Source: a virus
Reading direction: 5' to 3' (one strand)
Virus record (IMG/VR): IMGVR_UViG_3300033148_006239
Span: 32,001 to 96,000 of that record
DNA length: 64,000 nt
Shown: positions 27,501 through 38,700 of the stretch, piece after piece
How positions within the stretch are numbered: the stretch's first letter is position 1
How the letters are laid out: the number at the start of each line of letters is the position of its first letter
Position numbers and translations under genes: made by a program
The notes under the pieces: generated by a model
Databases searched by the model: none
Seen by the model: the letters and a program-made list of their open reading frames with translations, nothing else
What the model was told of the DNA's origin: nothing

Positions 27501-28208
27501 TTCACCTGCTTCTTCTAAGGCTTCGTCTACATTATCAACTGATGGTGCGTAAAATGCTCCAGTATTATTAAATCCAATATTGGCGGCGTTACCAGATGTT
27601 ATAGATTCTTTTCTATCTCTATAAATATCTGCTTCTGCTATCTGAGTCATTCCATAATATTTTAAAATATCACCTAAATAAATCCAATTTGGTTCAGTAA
27701 AAGGTTTATCTTGTCTATAAACTTTCTTTTGTTCAAGAGTTAAAGCTGCTGGATCAAACTCTGCTCCTTTAAGTACTTTTATTACAAAACTATCTTCAAC
27801 AATATGCCAAAATCTATCACCGCGTGCATCGATCTGTTGATCACTTAAATCAACATCATAAGCAATAAAAATAGTATTCCATGCTTCAAAATCTATAGTC
27901 GTAACATTTGTTGGATTTTCATCAACATCTTGACTTATATCAATATCATTAGTTGATTCAACATTTATACTTTTTCCATTTAATGCTCTTGATGTACCAG
28001 GAAGTAAATCAAGTGTCATATCTGGTGATGGACTATTTTCTATTAATGCTAATTCTCTTTGATTTTCAGGCAATGAAACTGTTTCTAATATTCCATTTAT
28101 TTGTGCATCAATAGCGATACTTTCAGCTGCTTTTTCAATTACATCAAATATTTGTTGTAAATCATCATTAGCAAATAAATATTTATATCCATATCGAAAC
28201 CTATCCAT
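24525..28208 (-). CDS. Tail fibre / receptor-binding protein
   Basis: Follows baseplate J and I. Beta-rich; carries the fibre motif NQPNGIPQLDANGKI. Confidence 0.8.
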   Translation of the reverse strand: MDRFRYGYKYLFANDDLQQIFDVIEKAAESIAIDAQINGILETVSLPENQRELALIENSPSPDMTLDLLPGTSRALNGKSINVESTNDIDISQDVDENPTNVTTIDFEAWNTIFIAYDVDLSDQQIDARGDRFWHIVEDSFVIKVLKGAEFDPAALTLEQKKVYRQDKPFTEPNWIYLGDILKYYGMTQIAEADIYRDRKESITSGNAANIGFNNTGAFYAPSVDNVDEALEEAGERLETVEAFDTNLSELYGRYYSFGSENISLYFDKDNDKLYSANKEILNPIDSSINTDGTYHFYAIQSEIDPDYHKIICRIYKKTTDTYSNELIVDEGIVHSPKTIIVGTDYIVFYLHQTSSTAEIEIRSRKLSLDDSGGVLTLTLTNSIDNINAFGTYPVQDVIATLNDNPHYSGYKKAYDIAYDTANDKIGIIWAQSSSLAFRAIVNTTDTLGTLTTISTSVVPDDGVSIDYNGSLFLFGAYSDASTTFLTNTIDDALALGTERTLSTSNFVMANLVFCNNNTGTDYCLITGFNTSTNQVDVLRVISDNSAAAIVLVSFDAGSNVLGTLGGVWNDTIDNISIVFDDQSTGNLHYREISTGAVSGPDTLITTSGNYEIFSNSFWKSGATEHYQFIGFEKSLTFPFNIKQTRLFLIDDQAGPINNTDLQQGVGGYITIHIKNNPERFIRIHFVSKDGDSVTLENNDCFYADIDVSEYVTTGLNIRIITATNSTLTAITTAYNRPIILYRKDNLNDGLVVGVSSMKIAKNIHWFEGLSELASDQVETRHIKDNVVTPAKITDINQPNGIPQLDANGKISNTNLPFHGMLENVVHGGGYYDLADESKFYLLKNHFGNGSSGFVFNTQKELVFITNIAKWTFDFETTTIDLLTDTGGILDNMPITGYTQSEINMAVYALFDSSTNEFKGMGVYRGPESIVALTGTGQGGDTSETITLNSHARSNKYQWKIGDIAIIQENAESESSFDQNNIWHTVQITAISGGTHSSDQTITVDILSEAGSGNTFGGTNFTNTTGKILLAHRPGGVIPGTYTDLGKTNITDNYVFLFGFPFSFINSAGSNKIIGSGYTTDLSKDNNFIFNHGQWNFIRTTFAVNRHELLFPIYSGFFAKKTLFNAQSSVWYTINNNNGIVSLHKQMRGDSSSEIYWVYPIQADSTGSAEWKSSAIEVVDNGSLEGVKVDYPPLDYTSFTEFYSIFFNNLNPLTTTNYNFTIKEIHY

Positions 28209-28218
28209 AATAAACTCC

Positions 28219-28830
28219 TCAATTTAATCTTGATGTTTCTTCTAATTCTGAAAAACCTAATTGAAATCTATCGTCAATATCAATAAGATCTGATAATTCC
28301 CAACTAAAAACATATTCATGTGTTATAGCTCTTAAATATGTAACAATTCTTTTAATATCTCTTTTTAATGCATCTGTTAAAACACCATCATATGATAACA
28401 ATGTTTTAGAGATAAAAGTATGAACATCTGATAGATATGTACTAAATCCTAATTCTGAAAAATCTAATAACCATAGTCCTTCTTCTTCTGCGGTTAATTC
28501 TTTAAATTCTAATTCAATATTATAAAGCAGTCTTACAACATTAATAATAACTTGAGTCGTTCCTCTTGTTTTATTTATAATAGGTAAAAACTGTAATAAT
28601 TTTCTTTTTTGTATTTCTGTTAAATCTAAATCTAATGTCCAACCTCTTTCTAAGATATAATTCCATAAATAAACTTCATCTCTTTCAAATAAATTTGATT
28701 GTTCTCTTAATCTTAAAAAATCAGTATATGCTTGACAAATAACTTCTTCTAAGATTTCTATATATAACTCAACATTAGTATCTGTTAAAAGAAATTCTGG
28801 AACATATTTTTTTAAATCAAATATCGCCAT
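28219..28830 (-). CDS. Baseplate wedge / P2 gpI-like tail protein
   Basis: LTEIQKRKLL...KTRGT motif, downstream of the J-like gene. Confidence 0.8.
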   Translation of the reverse strand: MAIFDLKKYVPEFLLTDTNVELYIEILEEVICQAYTDFLRLREQSNLFERDEVYLWNYILERGWTLDLDLTEIQKRKLLQFLPIINKTRGTTQVIINVVRLLYNIELEFKELTAEEEGLWLLDFSELGFSTYLSDVHTFISKTLLSYDGVLTDALKRDIKRIVTYLRAITHEYVFSWELSDLIDIDDRFQLGFSELEETSRLN

Positions 28831-30497
28831 TATAGTGCCAATTGAGTTCCATCTTTATTAAATGCAGTCAAAGTAATATTAATCAATCTTGGAATTGATA
28901 ATTGATCAATTGCTAAATCATCTACAGGACCATCAAGTAAAACTTTAGTTACACCATAACCTCTAAAATTTTCTATTAAAGCTATTATTCTACTTCTTGG
29001 TATTTCTTCAAGTTCTGTACCCCAATTTATTGAAAAACTTCCATCAATTTTTTTTGATGTAAAACCAAAAGATGTTTCAAGAGATCCTCTAATTAAGTTA
29101 ATTGTTGATAACCACGGAGAATTATTTTCAAAAAAAACTCTAGCGTCAATATCCCAATCTTGATAAATTGCTTCTGTTATAATTGTATTAGACGCGACAT
29201 TACCAAATGTTGGTCTTTTTGATGCATCCGTATAAATATCAATAATACTATTCTTTAAAGTATCATCTACTGCTATTCCTATTCCAGGAACAACATAAAT
29301 TAGAACTTGAAATTCATCTAAAGAGAGTGGAATATCTTTTTCTCTAGTATATGGATTGTCAATAACAAATGCTCTTTGTATATCTGCTAAAGCAACTGCG
29401 TTTATTTCAAATTCTTCTCTTGTAATACTTCTATTTGATGACGCATTCCAAACTGATATATTTTTTCTTCCACTTTCAATTGTTTCTCTATTTTCTCCAC
29501 CAGTCGGAGCAAATCTATTTGTTACAGTTAAATCATTTACTGATTGTGCTTCAGAATCAAATATTGTACTTGTAATCTTATTTATTTGTCCAGTTTGAAT
29601 ACTATTAGCACCAATACCACCACCAAACGCGTATCTAACTAAGATTTGTTCTTCAGGAATTTTTCCATAATCGTCATTATTGCCAAATACAACAAACATA
29701 TTTTCATCTTGAGTATATTCTAATGCATAAAATTCTTCACCTGGTGGAGCAAGCAATATTGATTCTATTAAGGTCCATAATTTATTACCAACTGTGACTA
29801 CGACTGTATCATTTATAACTCCTATATTATTTAAAGGATATCTTTGATCTTTAATTCCAATTTGACCATTAAATAAATTACTTGTACTAATATGATTTCT
29901 AGCATTAACAGTAATAGATCTTGATCCTGCTAAAATTACTGCATATTGTAATGTTTCAAATTTACGTAAACCATCAGCAGATGACACAACAGTTTTTTCT
30001 GGAATAACAACATCAAAACTATGTACTGTATCTAATTTAAATAACAAATTTACAATTGCAGACTTTCTTCCTTTTAAAGCATATAAATATTCTTGTGCTT
30101 TCCAAATTAAAGACTCATAATTATTTAGTGTAGGTAATGTATTATTAGTAAATATTTGATCACCTAAATAAAATAATTTATCTAATTGAGCAGACATTAT
30201 CTCTAAAATAAGTGTTCCGACTTCTCTTTTATTAAAATTAGTCCACTCAGGAAATCTTTTACTTGCGGCGTCTATAGATTCAAGCATAATACCATAAAAT
30301 TCTTTTTCAAAGAATGATGTTTTAATAGGTTCAATACTATCTAAACTCGTTGATAAATCTCTAACTGAACTAATAACATTAAATACTAATTGCTTATCGT
30401 CTTCTGTAACAATATCTTCAGGAGAATTAATATGATTAATATCATTAATTTTTAGAATTGATTCTAATGAATTTTTAACTATTTCACCTGGTTTCAT
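28830..30497 (-). CDS. Baseplate J / T4 gp6-like wedge protein
   Basis: PEWTNFN...G, FGN..YGKIP, YAFGGG..AN, TGGENRETIE, RSITREEF. Confidence 0.9.
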   Translation of the reverse strand: MKPGEIVKNSLESILKINDINHINSPEDIVTEDDKQLVFNVISSVRDLSTSLDSIEPIKTSFFEKEFYGIMLESIDAASKRFPEWTNFNKREVGTLILEIMSAQLDKLFYLGDQIFTNNTLPTLNNYESLIWKAQEYLYALKGRKSAIVNLLFKLDTVHSFDVVIPEKTVVSSADGLRKFETLQYAVILAGSRSITVNARNHISTSNLFNGQIGIKDQRYPLNNIGVINDTVVVTVGNKLWTLIESILLAPPGEEFYALEYTQDENMFVVFGNNDDYGKIPEEQILVRYAFGGGIGANSIQTGQINKITSTIFDSEAQSVNDLTVTNRFAPTGGENRETIESGRKNISVWNASSNRSITREEFEINAVALADIQRAFVIDNPYTREKDIPLSLDEFQVLIYVVPGIGIAVDDTLKNSIIDIYTDASKRPTFGNVASNTIITEAIYQDWDIDARVFFENNSPWLSTINLIRGSLETSFGFTSKKIDGSFSINWGTELEEIPRSRIIALIENFRGYGVTKVLLDGPVDDLAIDQLSIPRLINITLTAFNKDGTQLAL

Positions 30498-30898
30498 TAA
30501 GCTACCCTCTTTAGTTCAAATCCACCATCTGTTCTTGTAATCGTCAATGTATTTACAATTTCAGGATTTTGTATATCTTTCCATTTTATATCAACAAATA
30601 AATCTTCTTTTTGATAATCAGTTATTACGTCAATTAATTCAATTTCAGGAACAAATTCAAGTAAAGGTTCTTGAATCCATTGAAATAATAAATTATCCAT
30701 CAAAGCAGGATCAGAATTATGATAAGGTACTAAATGTAATTTGCTTCCAAATTCAGGAAACATTTCTCTACTTCCAATTGGTGTTAATAATGTTACAGCA
30801 ATAGCAGATTCTAATTCATCTAATCGTGTTATATCAGAAAAGCTACCACTATTGAAATTAAATGGATATGTAATTGTAACAGTAGCATTACCTGACAT
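30497..30898 (-). CDS. Baseplate gp25/GpW-like sheath initiator
   Basis: LLTPIGSREMFPEFGSKL. Confidence 0.92.
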   Translation of the reverse strand: MSGNATVTITYPFNFNSGSFSDITRLDELESAIAVTLLTPIGSREMFPEFGSKLHLVPYHNSDPALMDNLLFQWIQEPLLEFVPEIELIDVITDYQKEDLFVDIKWKDIQNPEIVNTLTITRTDGGFELKRVA

Positions 30899-30899
30899 A

Positions 30900-32669
30900 T
30901 TAACCCTTTACTATATCAACAAATTCTGAATCTAATCCATCTAAATCGAACGAATTTAAAGAATTAAGTACTTGAGTAACTTCTTTAAACTCTGAAATTG
31001 CTTGTTTTGTTTGCTCTTTATCTTCATCTTCTTTTATAAATAATTCAATAAAATTTATTAAAGAAGTTATATTTGCAGGATCTAAACCACCAGCAACTAA
31101 AAAAATTCCTCCAATATAATTAGAATCTCTTTTTTGTTTATTACTAATTCCATTTGTATTTGCGATATCACTAATAAATTTATTTATTCCACCAAGTTGT
31201 GGTTGAATTGTTTTTATAACTAAAAATTCGCCATTAATAGACAATGTTAATTTATCCAATAAAATTAATATTCTATTTCTTATTGAATCAACTACGTTTG
31301 TTACAGTTTCTATTTTTTCTGATAGTGAATTTGAAATTGCATCAAGAAGATTTTCTTTTCTACCTATTTGTTCATATAGACTATCAATAAAAAATTTTAT
31401 TTCATTTTTTAATGTTTCTATTTCAGGAATTAACCATTGTAAAGTTGTTCCAAACCAATCACCATCACCAAAATTTCCAAAAAATCTTTTCTTTAAGAAA
31501 TCGACACCATCAGTTCTTTGTAATGGAACAATTTGGCTTGTTTCATTTGTATTAATTATTTGTGTTGCATCAAAATTACCAAAAGTTGTTCTATCGATAT
31601 GTCTTCCGAGTAAATCAGTAAATACTAATGTTTCAATTAACGATAAAGATTCTCGCAATTTAGCTGCAACTTGTGGAGCTGTATAAAGTTCTATTGCTGC
31701 TGTATATTCATGACCATATAAAATAGGTATATCATCAATACGATTAATATCTAGTTCTTTTTCACCAATATTTTTATATATACCATCTTCGGGTAAATTA
31801 AGATCAACTAATATATCTGTAACTTTATTTGATTCAATATCTCTAGCTTTTATTGATGTAACTTTAATCCAATGTGGAAAACTCAATTTATCCCATTCTA
31901 ATGATAATGAATTTTTATTAAAAATACTTGTAAATCTGAATTTTAAATTCGCATCAATTTCTTTTTGTACTTGTATATTTGAAAATGTTATAAAATTTAT
32001 ATCAAATAATCTCAAAAATTCTTTTAATTGTGCAGTTACTTCATCGATACCTGGTGCCATTGCTAAAATAGCAATTCCACCAACATATTCATTAGAATTA
32101 AAACTAGGAATGTAATCTCTTTCAAATTCATTATCTGTATTAAATGATTCTCTAAATCTGTTCCAAAACGAATCAAATTTTGTAGAAGAATCAATTTCTT
32201 TATTATCGTCTGTCATAGCACGTGTAATTCTACCTGTTTCATCTCTTGAAACACTTATTGTATCTTCTGCTTGAATATTTATATCAATTGGTGATTTATA
32301 CATTATATGCATTCCACCAGAACCACCAATTTTATCAATAGTATTATTTATAATAGTTCTTGAAGTATCAATTAGTTTTTCTGCGGGATCAATTACTTTT
32401 CCACCAATAAATGTTTCTATTTTATTAATTATTTCAACACCAACTCTAGTTGGTTCGTATATTATTTCAATTAATCCTTTTGCTGCGTTAATAACTTCTT
32501 CTAATTCATTTAAAAAGCTCAAATCTGGTGCAATTATCTTTTTCCAATTTTTATCTTGATCTGCCTTTGAATTATTTTTATTATCTTCTAAAAATTTCTC
32601 AGCATTTTCATTTGTATATAGTTCTTGTTTAAAATTGACATGTGTTAAAGTTTCAAATTCTTTAAGCAT
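30900..32669 (-). CDS. Hypothetical baseplate-region protein
   Basis: 589-aa ORF within the baseplate operon; internal repeat YVGGIAILA / YIGGIFLVA. Confidence 0.7.
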   Translation of the reverse strand: MLKEFETLTHVNFKQELYTNENAEKFLEDNKNNSKADQDKNWKKIIAPDLSFLNELEEVINAAKGLIEIIYEPTRVGVEIINKIETFIGGKVIDPAEKLIDTSRTIINNTIDKIGGSGGMHIMYKSPIDINIQAEDTISVSRDETGRITRAMTDDNKEIDSSTKFDSFWNRFRESFNTDNEFERDYIPSFNSNEYVGGIAILAMAPGIDEVTAQLKEFLRLFDINFITFSNIQVQKEIDANLKFRFTSIFNKNSLSLEWDKLSFPHWIKVTSIKARDIESNKVTDILVDLNLPEDGIYKNIGEKELDINRIDDIPILYGHEYTAAIELYTAPQVAAKLRESLSLIETLVFTDLLGRHIDRTTFGNFDATQIINTNETSQIVPLQRTDGVDFLKKRFFGNFGDGDWFGTTLQWLIPEIETLKNEIKFFIDSLYEQIGRKENLLDAISNSLSEKIETVTNVVDSIRNRILILLDKLTLSINGEFLVIKTIQPQLGGINKFISDIANTNGISNKQKRDSNYIGGIFLVAGGLDPANITSLINFIELFIKEDEDKEQTKQAISEFKEVTQVLNSLNSFDLDGLDSEFVDIVKG

Positions 32670-34599
32670 AATCTAAAATTGTTTGTATATCATCAGAGAA
32701 ATTCTTTTCTAACGTAACAAACTCGTCATCATTATATGTAATCTCTTGTGATAATTGCCAAGAATTATCACCATTGTTATATTCATAATATAATACTCTA
32801 GTGATTAAATTGGATTCATTATTTTTATAAAAGTATTCATATTTATTTACTTGATTTTTATTTTCATATTCGATTAATGAAATTAACTTATAATTACTAT
32901 TAATAAATGAATAAATTTTTTCATTAATAATAGTTCTATTTGTATCATAAAAAATAATTTTTTCAATAATATTATTTGATAATATTATTTCTTTTGTTCC
33001 TATATGTAGATTACTTAAATAAACATCATAATTTATCATTTGATTAATTATAGTATCATAAAAAATAACATATTTTAAATCATCATTATCCCAAATATAA
33101 CATTCAATATAAACAACTTTACCATTTTCATAATGATCAATTTGTAATGGAGTTTCTTTATTATCATCTTTATATTTATATATCAATCCTTTAGAAACTC
33201 CATCGGTTATATGTGATGTAATTATATAATTAATTCTGCCATCACTTAAAGCGTTTGTTTCTGTTGTAACATCTCCACCTGTTTCATATAATATAAAACT
33301 TTCAAGTTTACCTTTGATTGTATAATATCTTTCTCTTGTACGAATATCATTTTGAAAATCTTCATCAAATTTATCAACACTTTTATTAGGATTAAAAAGT
33401 AAATCATATAATATACTAATATCATCTGATGATTCTTCATAGGCAGTCTCTGCGGTTTCGTCAAGAAAGAAAAATCTACCATCGTCTTTCATAGCCTCTA
33501 AAGAATTTTCAGGATTTTTGATTAAAATTTCAATATAAACATTAATTAATGCATTATCTATTACTTCATTGAAAAAATTTTGTAAATCTTCATTTTCAAA
33601 AAAGTTAAAAATATTATATGTTTCACCTTTATCATCGTTTAAAATTTGTTCTGGATCTAAATCCCAATATTCAACAAAATAATTAACATATTCAATTTCA
33701 TTATGTGGAATTGATACAAATTTCTTTGATCTGATTTTATATTTTTGTGACGGATGTCCTAGTGTTTTAGGTGCAAATAATTCTTCAATCGAAATACTAT
33801 TAGCTCTATTAAAAAATTCAACCGTATTGTTTGGAAAATTACCAATAACATTATTAATTTCACTAACTTCGTATTCAGTATACGAAATTATACGTTCATT
33901 AACTAATTCATTTGAATCGTCAAAAATTAATCGCCAATTTTCTTCTTTTTTAATAGTAAACTGTGTTTCATTACCCGATTCAATTTCATCATAAATGAAT
34001 TTTTTATAACCAAATAACTCATTACCTGCGTAATTATCTATTCTATATAATAAAAGATCTTCAACATCAACAACTTCATGTATATTTTTAACAAAATCAA
34101 CTGCAAATTCTACTTCGTCAAATAATATATTTCCTTCAGAATCTTCACCTGTAAAATTCCATAAATGAATTTCTTGTATTCCCATATAAAAATAATGAGA
34201 AGCATTTTGAATATTTCCTTCAGAATCAACAGCTATAAATGATTTACCAACATATTTTCCATTTTCATCAATATTTTTTACTATAATAAAATTTTCATCT
34301 GATAAATAATCAATTTCAAACTTTGGTCTACCTAATTCATCATATACTCTTTCGTTTGAAATTCTATATGAGATTTGTTGATTATCGTCATCTGCAACAA
34401 TTTCAAAAAATCTATCTGCTATTTTTATTCCATCATCATTAAATAATGTTTCTCTATTGTTTAATGAAATTATTTCATCTTCTGAAACAGGTTCTTCTTC
34501 AGAAAAAGTATAATTTTCAACTAAATACTCTTCTAATAGTTTAAAATCAGTAATTGTTTTAATTGTTTTTTTATTTAAAAAATCAACTTTCGTTGCCAT
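32662..34599 (-). CDS. Acidic beta-hairpin-repeat protein (YD/MORN-like) in baseplate operon
   Basis: Recurrent Y-x-Y-x-x-x-G/N turns and a very high E/D/N/Y content. Confidence 0.6.
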   Translation of the reverse strand: MATKVDFLNKKTIKTITDFKLLEEYLVENYTFSEEEPVSEDEIISLNNRETLFNDDGIKIADRFFEIVADDDNQQISYRISNERVYDELGRPKFEIDYLSDENFIIVKNIDENGKYVGKSFIAVDSEGNIQNASHYFYMGIQEIHLWNFTGEDSEGNILFDEVEFAVDFVKNIHEVVDVEDLLLYRIDNYAGNELFGYKKFIYDEIESGNETQFTIKKEENWRLIFDDSNELVNERIISYTEYEVSEINNVIGNFPNNTVEFFNRANSISIEELFAPKTLGHPSQKYKIRSKKFVSIPHNEIEYVNYFVEYWDLDPEQILNDDKGETYNIFNFFENEDLQNFFNEVIDNALINVYIEILIKNPENSLEAMKDDGRFFFLDETAETAYEESSDDISILYDLLFNPNKSVDKFDEDFQNDIRTRERYYTIKGKLESFILYETGGDVTTETNALSDGRINYIITSHITDGVSKGLIYKYKDDNKETPLQIDHYENGKVVYIECYIWDNDDLKYVIFYDTIINQMINYDVYLSNLHIGTKEIILSNNIIEKIIFYDTNRTIINEKIYSFINSNYKLISLIEYENKNQVNKYEYFYKNNESNLITRVLYYEYNNGDNSWQLSQEITYNDDEFVTLEKNFSDDIQTILDYA

Positions 34600-34720
34600 T
34601 GTCTAGCTTCTTTAAATTTTTTATTTTTTCAAATTTCTTTTTATTTTGTTCAAAATAAAATTTTTCAATTTTTGTTATTTCTATTAATATCTTTGTTAAT
34701 TCGTTTTGTATTTTTGTCAT
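34583..34720 (-). CDS. Small basic protein (45 aa), not in track
   Basis: MTKIQNELTKILIEITKIEKFYF...; ATGA overlap with the spike stop and fills the gap. Confidence 0.5.
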   Translation of the reverse strand: MTKIQNELTKILIEITKIEKFYFEQNKKKFEKIKNLKKLDNGNES

Positions 34721-35718
34721 TCTGTAAAATTCTTCTTTGATATTGTTGTTACTAAATCTGCTATTTTGCCAGGAGTTTGTGCGATTAATTCTACACTAGG
34801 AGTAGCAGGTCCTGCAGGTGTCGGATGCGTATGTGCTACTAACATTTGTAATATTCCTGTAAAAAAAGTAATAAATTCTGTTCCTAAAACAAGGGGTTGA
34901 ATACTTGTTTTACTACCTATTTTATTTATTCCATCTAAAACGTTAGTGATTGCTTCTATTGTATTTGTCGCTGAAGCTTTCATTTCATTATTTGCCGCTT
35001 CAATTAAATTTTTTATAGGATGCGTTAATTCATTAGACGTTGCATCAGATGCAAATCCACTTTCATCCGCTGGTGTTAAACCTCTCTTTATTTCAATTTC
35101 TTCAGAAACTCTTGCTTGAAATAATTCAGAAGCTTTCATTATAATTGATTCAATTGCTACAATTTCAGTAGTCTTACCTGATCCCATTGACACATTATTA
35201 GGAGAAACAAAATTATAATTACCTTTACAATTTATATTGATAGATTCTGCATTTAACGTTATAGTACCTTTTGAACTTACTGTTAGGTTTTTATTTGAAT
35301 TAATTTCAATTCCTGTATTTTCTTCAGGTGAAAGTCTAATAAATGATCTATTATCTTCATCTTTAAGTTCTAGAAAGCTATCATTCATAATAACTTTCAT
35401 ATTTTTCCATTTAATTAATTTTATTCCAGGATCATCGTTCGTCGGTGGATTTTGTTTTATTTCAACATCTTCTGCATCTTTTATAACCCAACCATGTTCC
35501 CAAACAGGAAGACCAGGCTTTCCATCTTGAAATGATACCCAAACAGGATCACCTAAATTTGGCATTTCCCAATTATTTTTCATTCCACCTTTGGGTAATG
35601 CCCATTTTTTAATACCCAATGCTGGTACATGAATAAATACTTTACCGGGTAAATCAGGTGTTTGTATATTTATTACAGTCCCTTTATAAGGACCAATAAC
35701 TTCTTTAGCGCAACCCAT
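34717..35718 (-). CDS. Baseplate central spike (gp5/gpV/VgrG-like)
   Basis: OB fold (PNLGDPVWVSFQDG), beta-helix repeats and tip HxH motif AHTHP. Confidence 0.9.
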   Translation of the reverse strand: MGCAKEVIGPYKGTVINIQTPDLPGKVFIHVPALGIKKWALPKGGMKNNWEMPNLGDPVWVSFQDGKPGLPVWEHGWVIKDAEDVEIKQNPPTNDDPGIKLIKWKNMKVIMNDSFLELKDEDNRSFIRLSPEENTGIEINSNKNLTVSSKGTITLNAESININCKGNYNFVSPNNVSMGSGKTTEIVAIESIIMKASELFQARVSEEIEIKRGLTPADESGFASDATSNELTHPIKNLIEAANNEMKASATNTIEAITNVLDGINKIGSKTSIQPLVLGTEFITFFTGILQMLVAHTHPTPAGPATPSVELIAQTPGKIADLVTTISKKNFTE

Positions 35719-38700
35719 TAATGAGATTCTCCTCCATCAACACTTCTAATTACAATGTCACGAATTCTATTTCCAGATAAGTTACCAGCAACAACATCTT
35801 CCGCTAATAAACGTTCATATTCAAGTGCAATATTTCTTTCGTTTCCTCTTTTTAGAACATTAACAAAAATTTTATCAAATGTTTCTTGATCACTTTGAAT
35901 TTTTATTACATCATCATTAGGAAAAAAATCAGTAAATTTAAAAGCTATTCCTTTATCAGCATTATAAACTTGTCTAAAATATTCTTTAGCAGCTCCAAAA
36001 TTCATAGATGCGGTAGTTTCACGTTGACTTTGTCCAAGTTGAGTAACACCAGTAGGAGCATTACCAGCAGATTGTCCACACGCAACAATATGTTGTGCAA
36101 AAAAATTAATACTTGAAAATGGACCACGTGTGAGAGAATCGGCTTTATTGTTGTGTTTACCTCTTGTTGCCAATACTAAGCCTGTTATATAACACGAAAC
36201 ATATCTTTTAATATCATTGTCTGTTAAATTATCAACACCTATTACTTCTAAATTTCTATCTTCTACTATTAAATGATTATGAACATGTGCTTCTAAAGTA
36301 TCTTTAAATATTTGAAAAAATGCATCTTGAGCATTTTGAGTAATACCGGCTCTACGAGTAATATGCGCAGTTCTATCTCTAGCTTCTGGCTCGAGCCATC
36401 CTATTCCGTTTGCTAATTCAGTCGCTGTAGGTGCTCCTCCGATCCATATTTGTCTATTCCAATCATATTGTCCTTTTATATAATCTTCTTGAGTAGCCTG
36501 AGCTAAAGATTCTTCAAATATTTTACCACAATCAAATTGATGATCTTCGACTTGAGATGATGCTTGAGTATCGCCTGGTTGCTTTACTACATGACTATAA
36601 GATGTTGTTCTAAAATCATTACAAAAAAGATCTTCATAAAAAATTTTTTTAATTGTAGCTACTGATGTGGTATTATATTCATAAAGTTCTTTATATGTTT
36701 CTACAGGAAAATCATTTGCTATTAAATTTAATTCTTCTTCAGTAAATTCACTTTCTACAGATGCACAAGGTAAAATTATCTTTAGATGATAACGTTCACC
36801 GCATTGTCTATTAAATCTTGCAATAATATCAAAATACTCTTGTCTTTTTTCCAAAAGTAATTCTTTTATTCTACGAAATTCTTGTGCTCCGGCAACTGAA
36901 AATTCAGCTTTATTTACTGTAGAAAGATGTTCAATATAAAGCCAAAGCCCTTCAGCTTTTTTAATAAATGATTCTCTAGCTGTTTTACAATCTGTCACTA
37001 TTTGATCTTCTACGTCAAATTCATCACTTACTTTTTTCCATTCTTTTATTTTTTTAATTAATCCCGCTGTAATTAATCCCGCTGGATGCGCTTCTGGTCT
37101 TAGATTTTTACCATCAAATAATGTTGAATTTGATATACATAAAATCTCTGTTTCATATCCATTATTGTCAATATTATGATTTGCTTCTATAATATACCAT
37201 TTTGTATCATAAGCACCAGTACCAATCAATTCACAAACTTGTCTAGATTTTATTTGAGGATTACCAACAACCGTAAATCTTAAAGACATTGTAGAACTTA
37301 ATTCTCTAAATCTTTTTCCAAAAAGTCTTCCCCACAATTCTTTACCATTATCTGTTATTATTCTATCACTTTTTTCAGATGTTTCAGTAAGAAAATCAAT
37401 ATGTGCACTTTTTTCTAAAAGATAAGCTTGTTGTCTAAAACTAGCAGCTTTTAATCTTAAACTTTTTTGAAAATCGCCTAAAAATTGCCACTCTTTATCA
37501 TAAACATCTTCATCTAAATCTGATATTTGAGCAATTAAATCTACTTGATGTGTTTTACCTATTGTATCAAGCTCACGCTCTGTTGGAAAACGTATCGAAC
37601 TAACAACTTGTACAAAAGCATCTGAAAATCTAAAAAGTTTATTTACTTCTTGTTGAGTTTTTTCATCTAATCTTCCAAGGGGTATTGAATTACCTTCATC
37701 TGATTTTCGTTCATAATAAACGAAATTTAAGTCAATAAATGCTTCTCCTAATGAACCTTTATTACCTGCCCCATGTATATCTTGTAAATGCCTTATCATA
37801 AACGATTCTTCACCAGTTTGTGTATAATACGGATCTGAATATCTGAATCTTGTTGTTACAACTTTGCCTGTTACAGGATCTATTTCTTCTGCTTTTGTAT
37901 AAATTAATTTATCTCTAGTATCACTAGAAGGAGCATCTGATTTTAATATAGGTCCACCATAAACAACATCTACACTTGATCCGTCTAATGCGGCAAACTT
38001 AGATCTTACTGCTTGTTCTGGATCAATATCTACTTCATAATTAAATTTCCATGTTGATTGACGTAAGAAATCTCTTGGCTTAAAATATAAAATATAATGC
38101 TGATTATCTGTTACACTTTCATCTTCTAACCAGACTTGATAACCATAATTATCAGCAAGATTCTGCAAAAAACATAAAACAGTCATTTGTGAATCATAAT
38201 CAAGAGTTATTGGTCTAACAGGTTGGCCATCTAATTCAACTAATTCTTCGATATCAATATGATCATCTAAAAAATCATCATTATAAGATCCATCATTTCT
38301 AGGTGAACTTATTCTAAAAATATGTCTTGCTACTTCTGTAACAATTTCTTTTAAAGACATAGAAGCAAATTCCGCTTGTCTTTCACTAAAAGAAACTGGC
38401 ATTCCAACTTTTACAAATTTTGATGGTGCTAATTCGTATGCATTTATTATAGCTTCTCTTAAACCATCAAAATTTAATACTTTAAAATGTTGCCAATTTG
38501 ATAATAAATCATCATACCCAATTTTAGCTCTAAAAACGGTTCCATGCATAACAATATCTTGAAAATCTTTAAAATCTGGAGCTTTAAACATTGCTAAATC
38601 TGAATTATCAAACATCAATGTTAATTTATCCATTTTTTCATTATCTGATAATTTAACAGATCTTAATCTTTCAAGTATATTATCAGGAAGAGATTTATAA

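Noticed and set aside
24525-28208. Diversity-generating retroelement or invertible tail-fibre cassette
   Set aside because: No reverse transcriptase, invertase or template repeat seen in the window.
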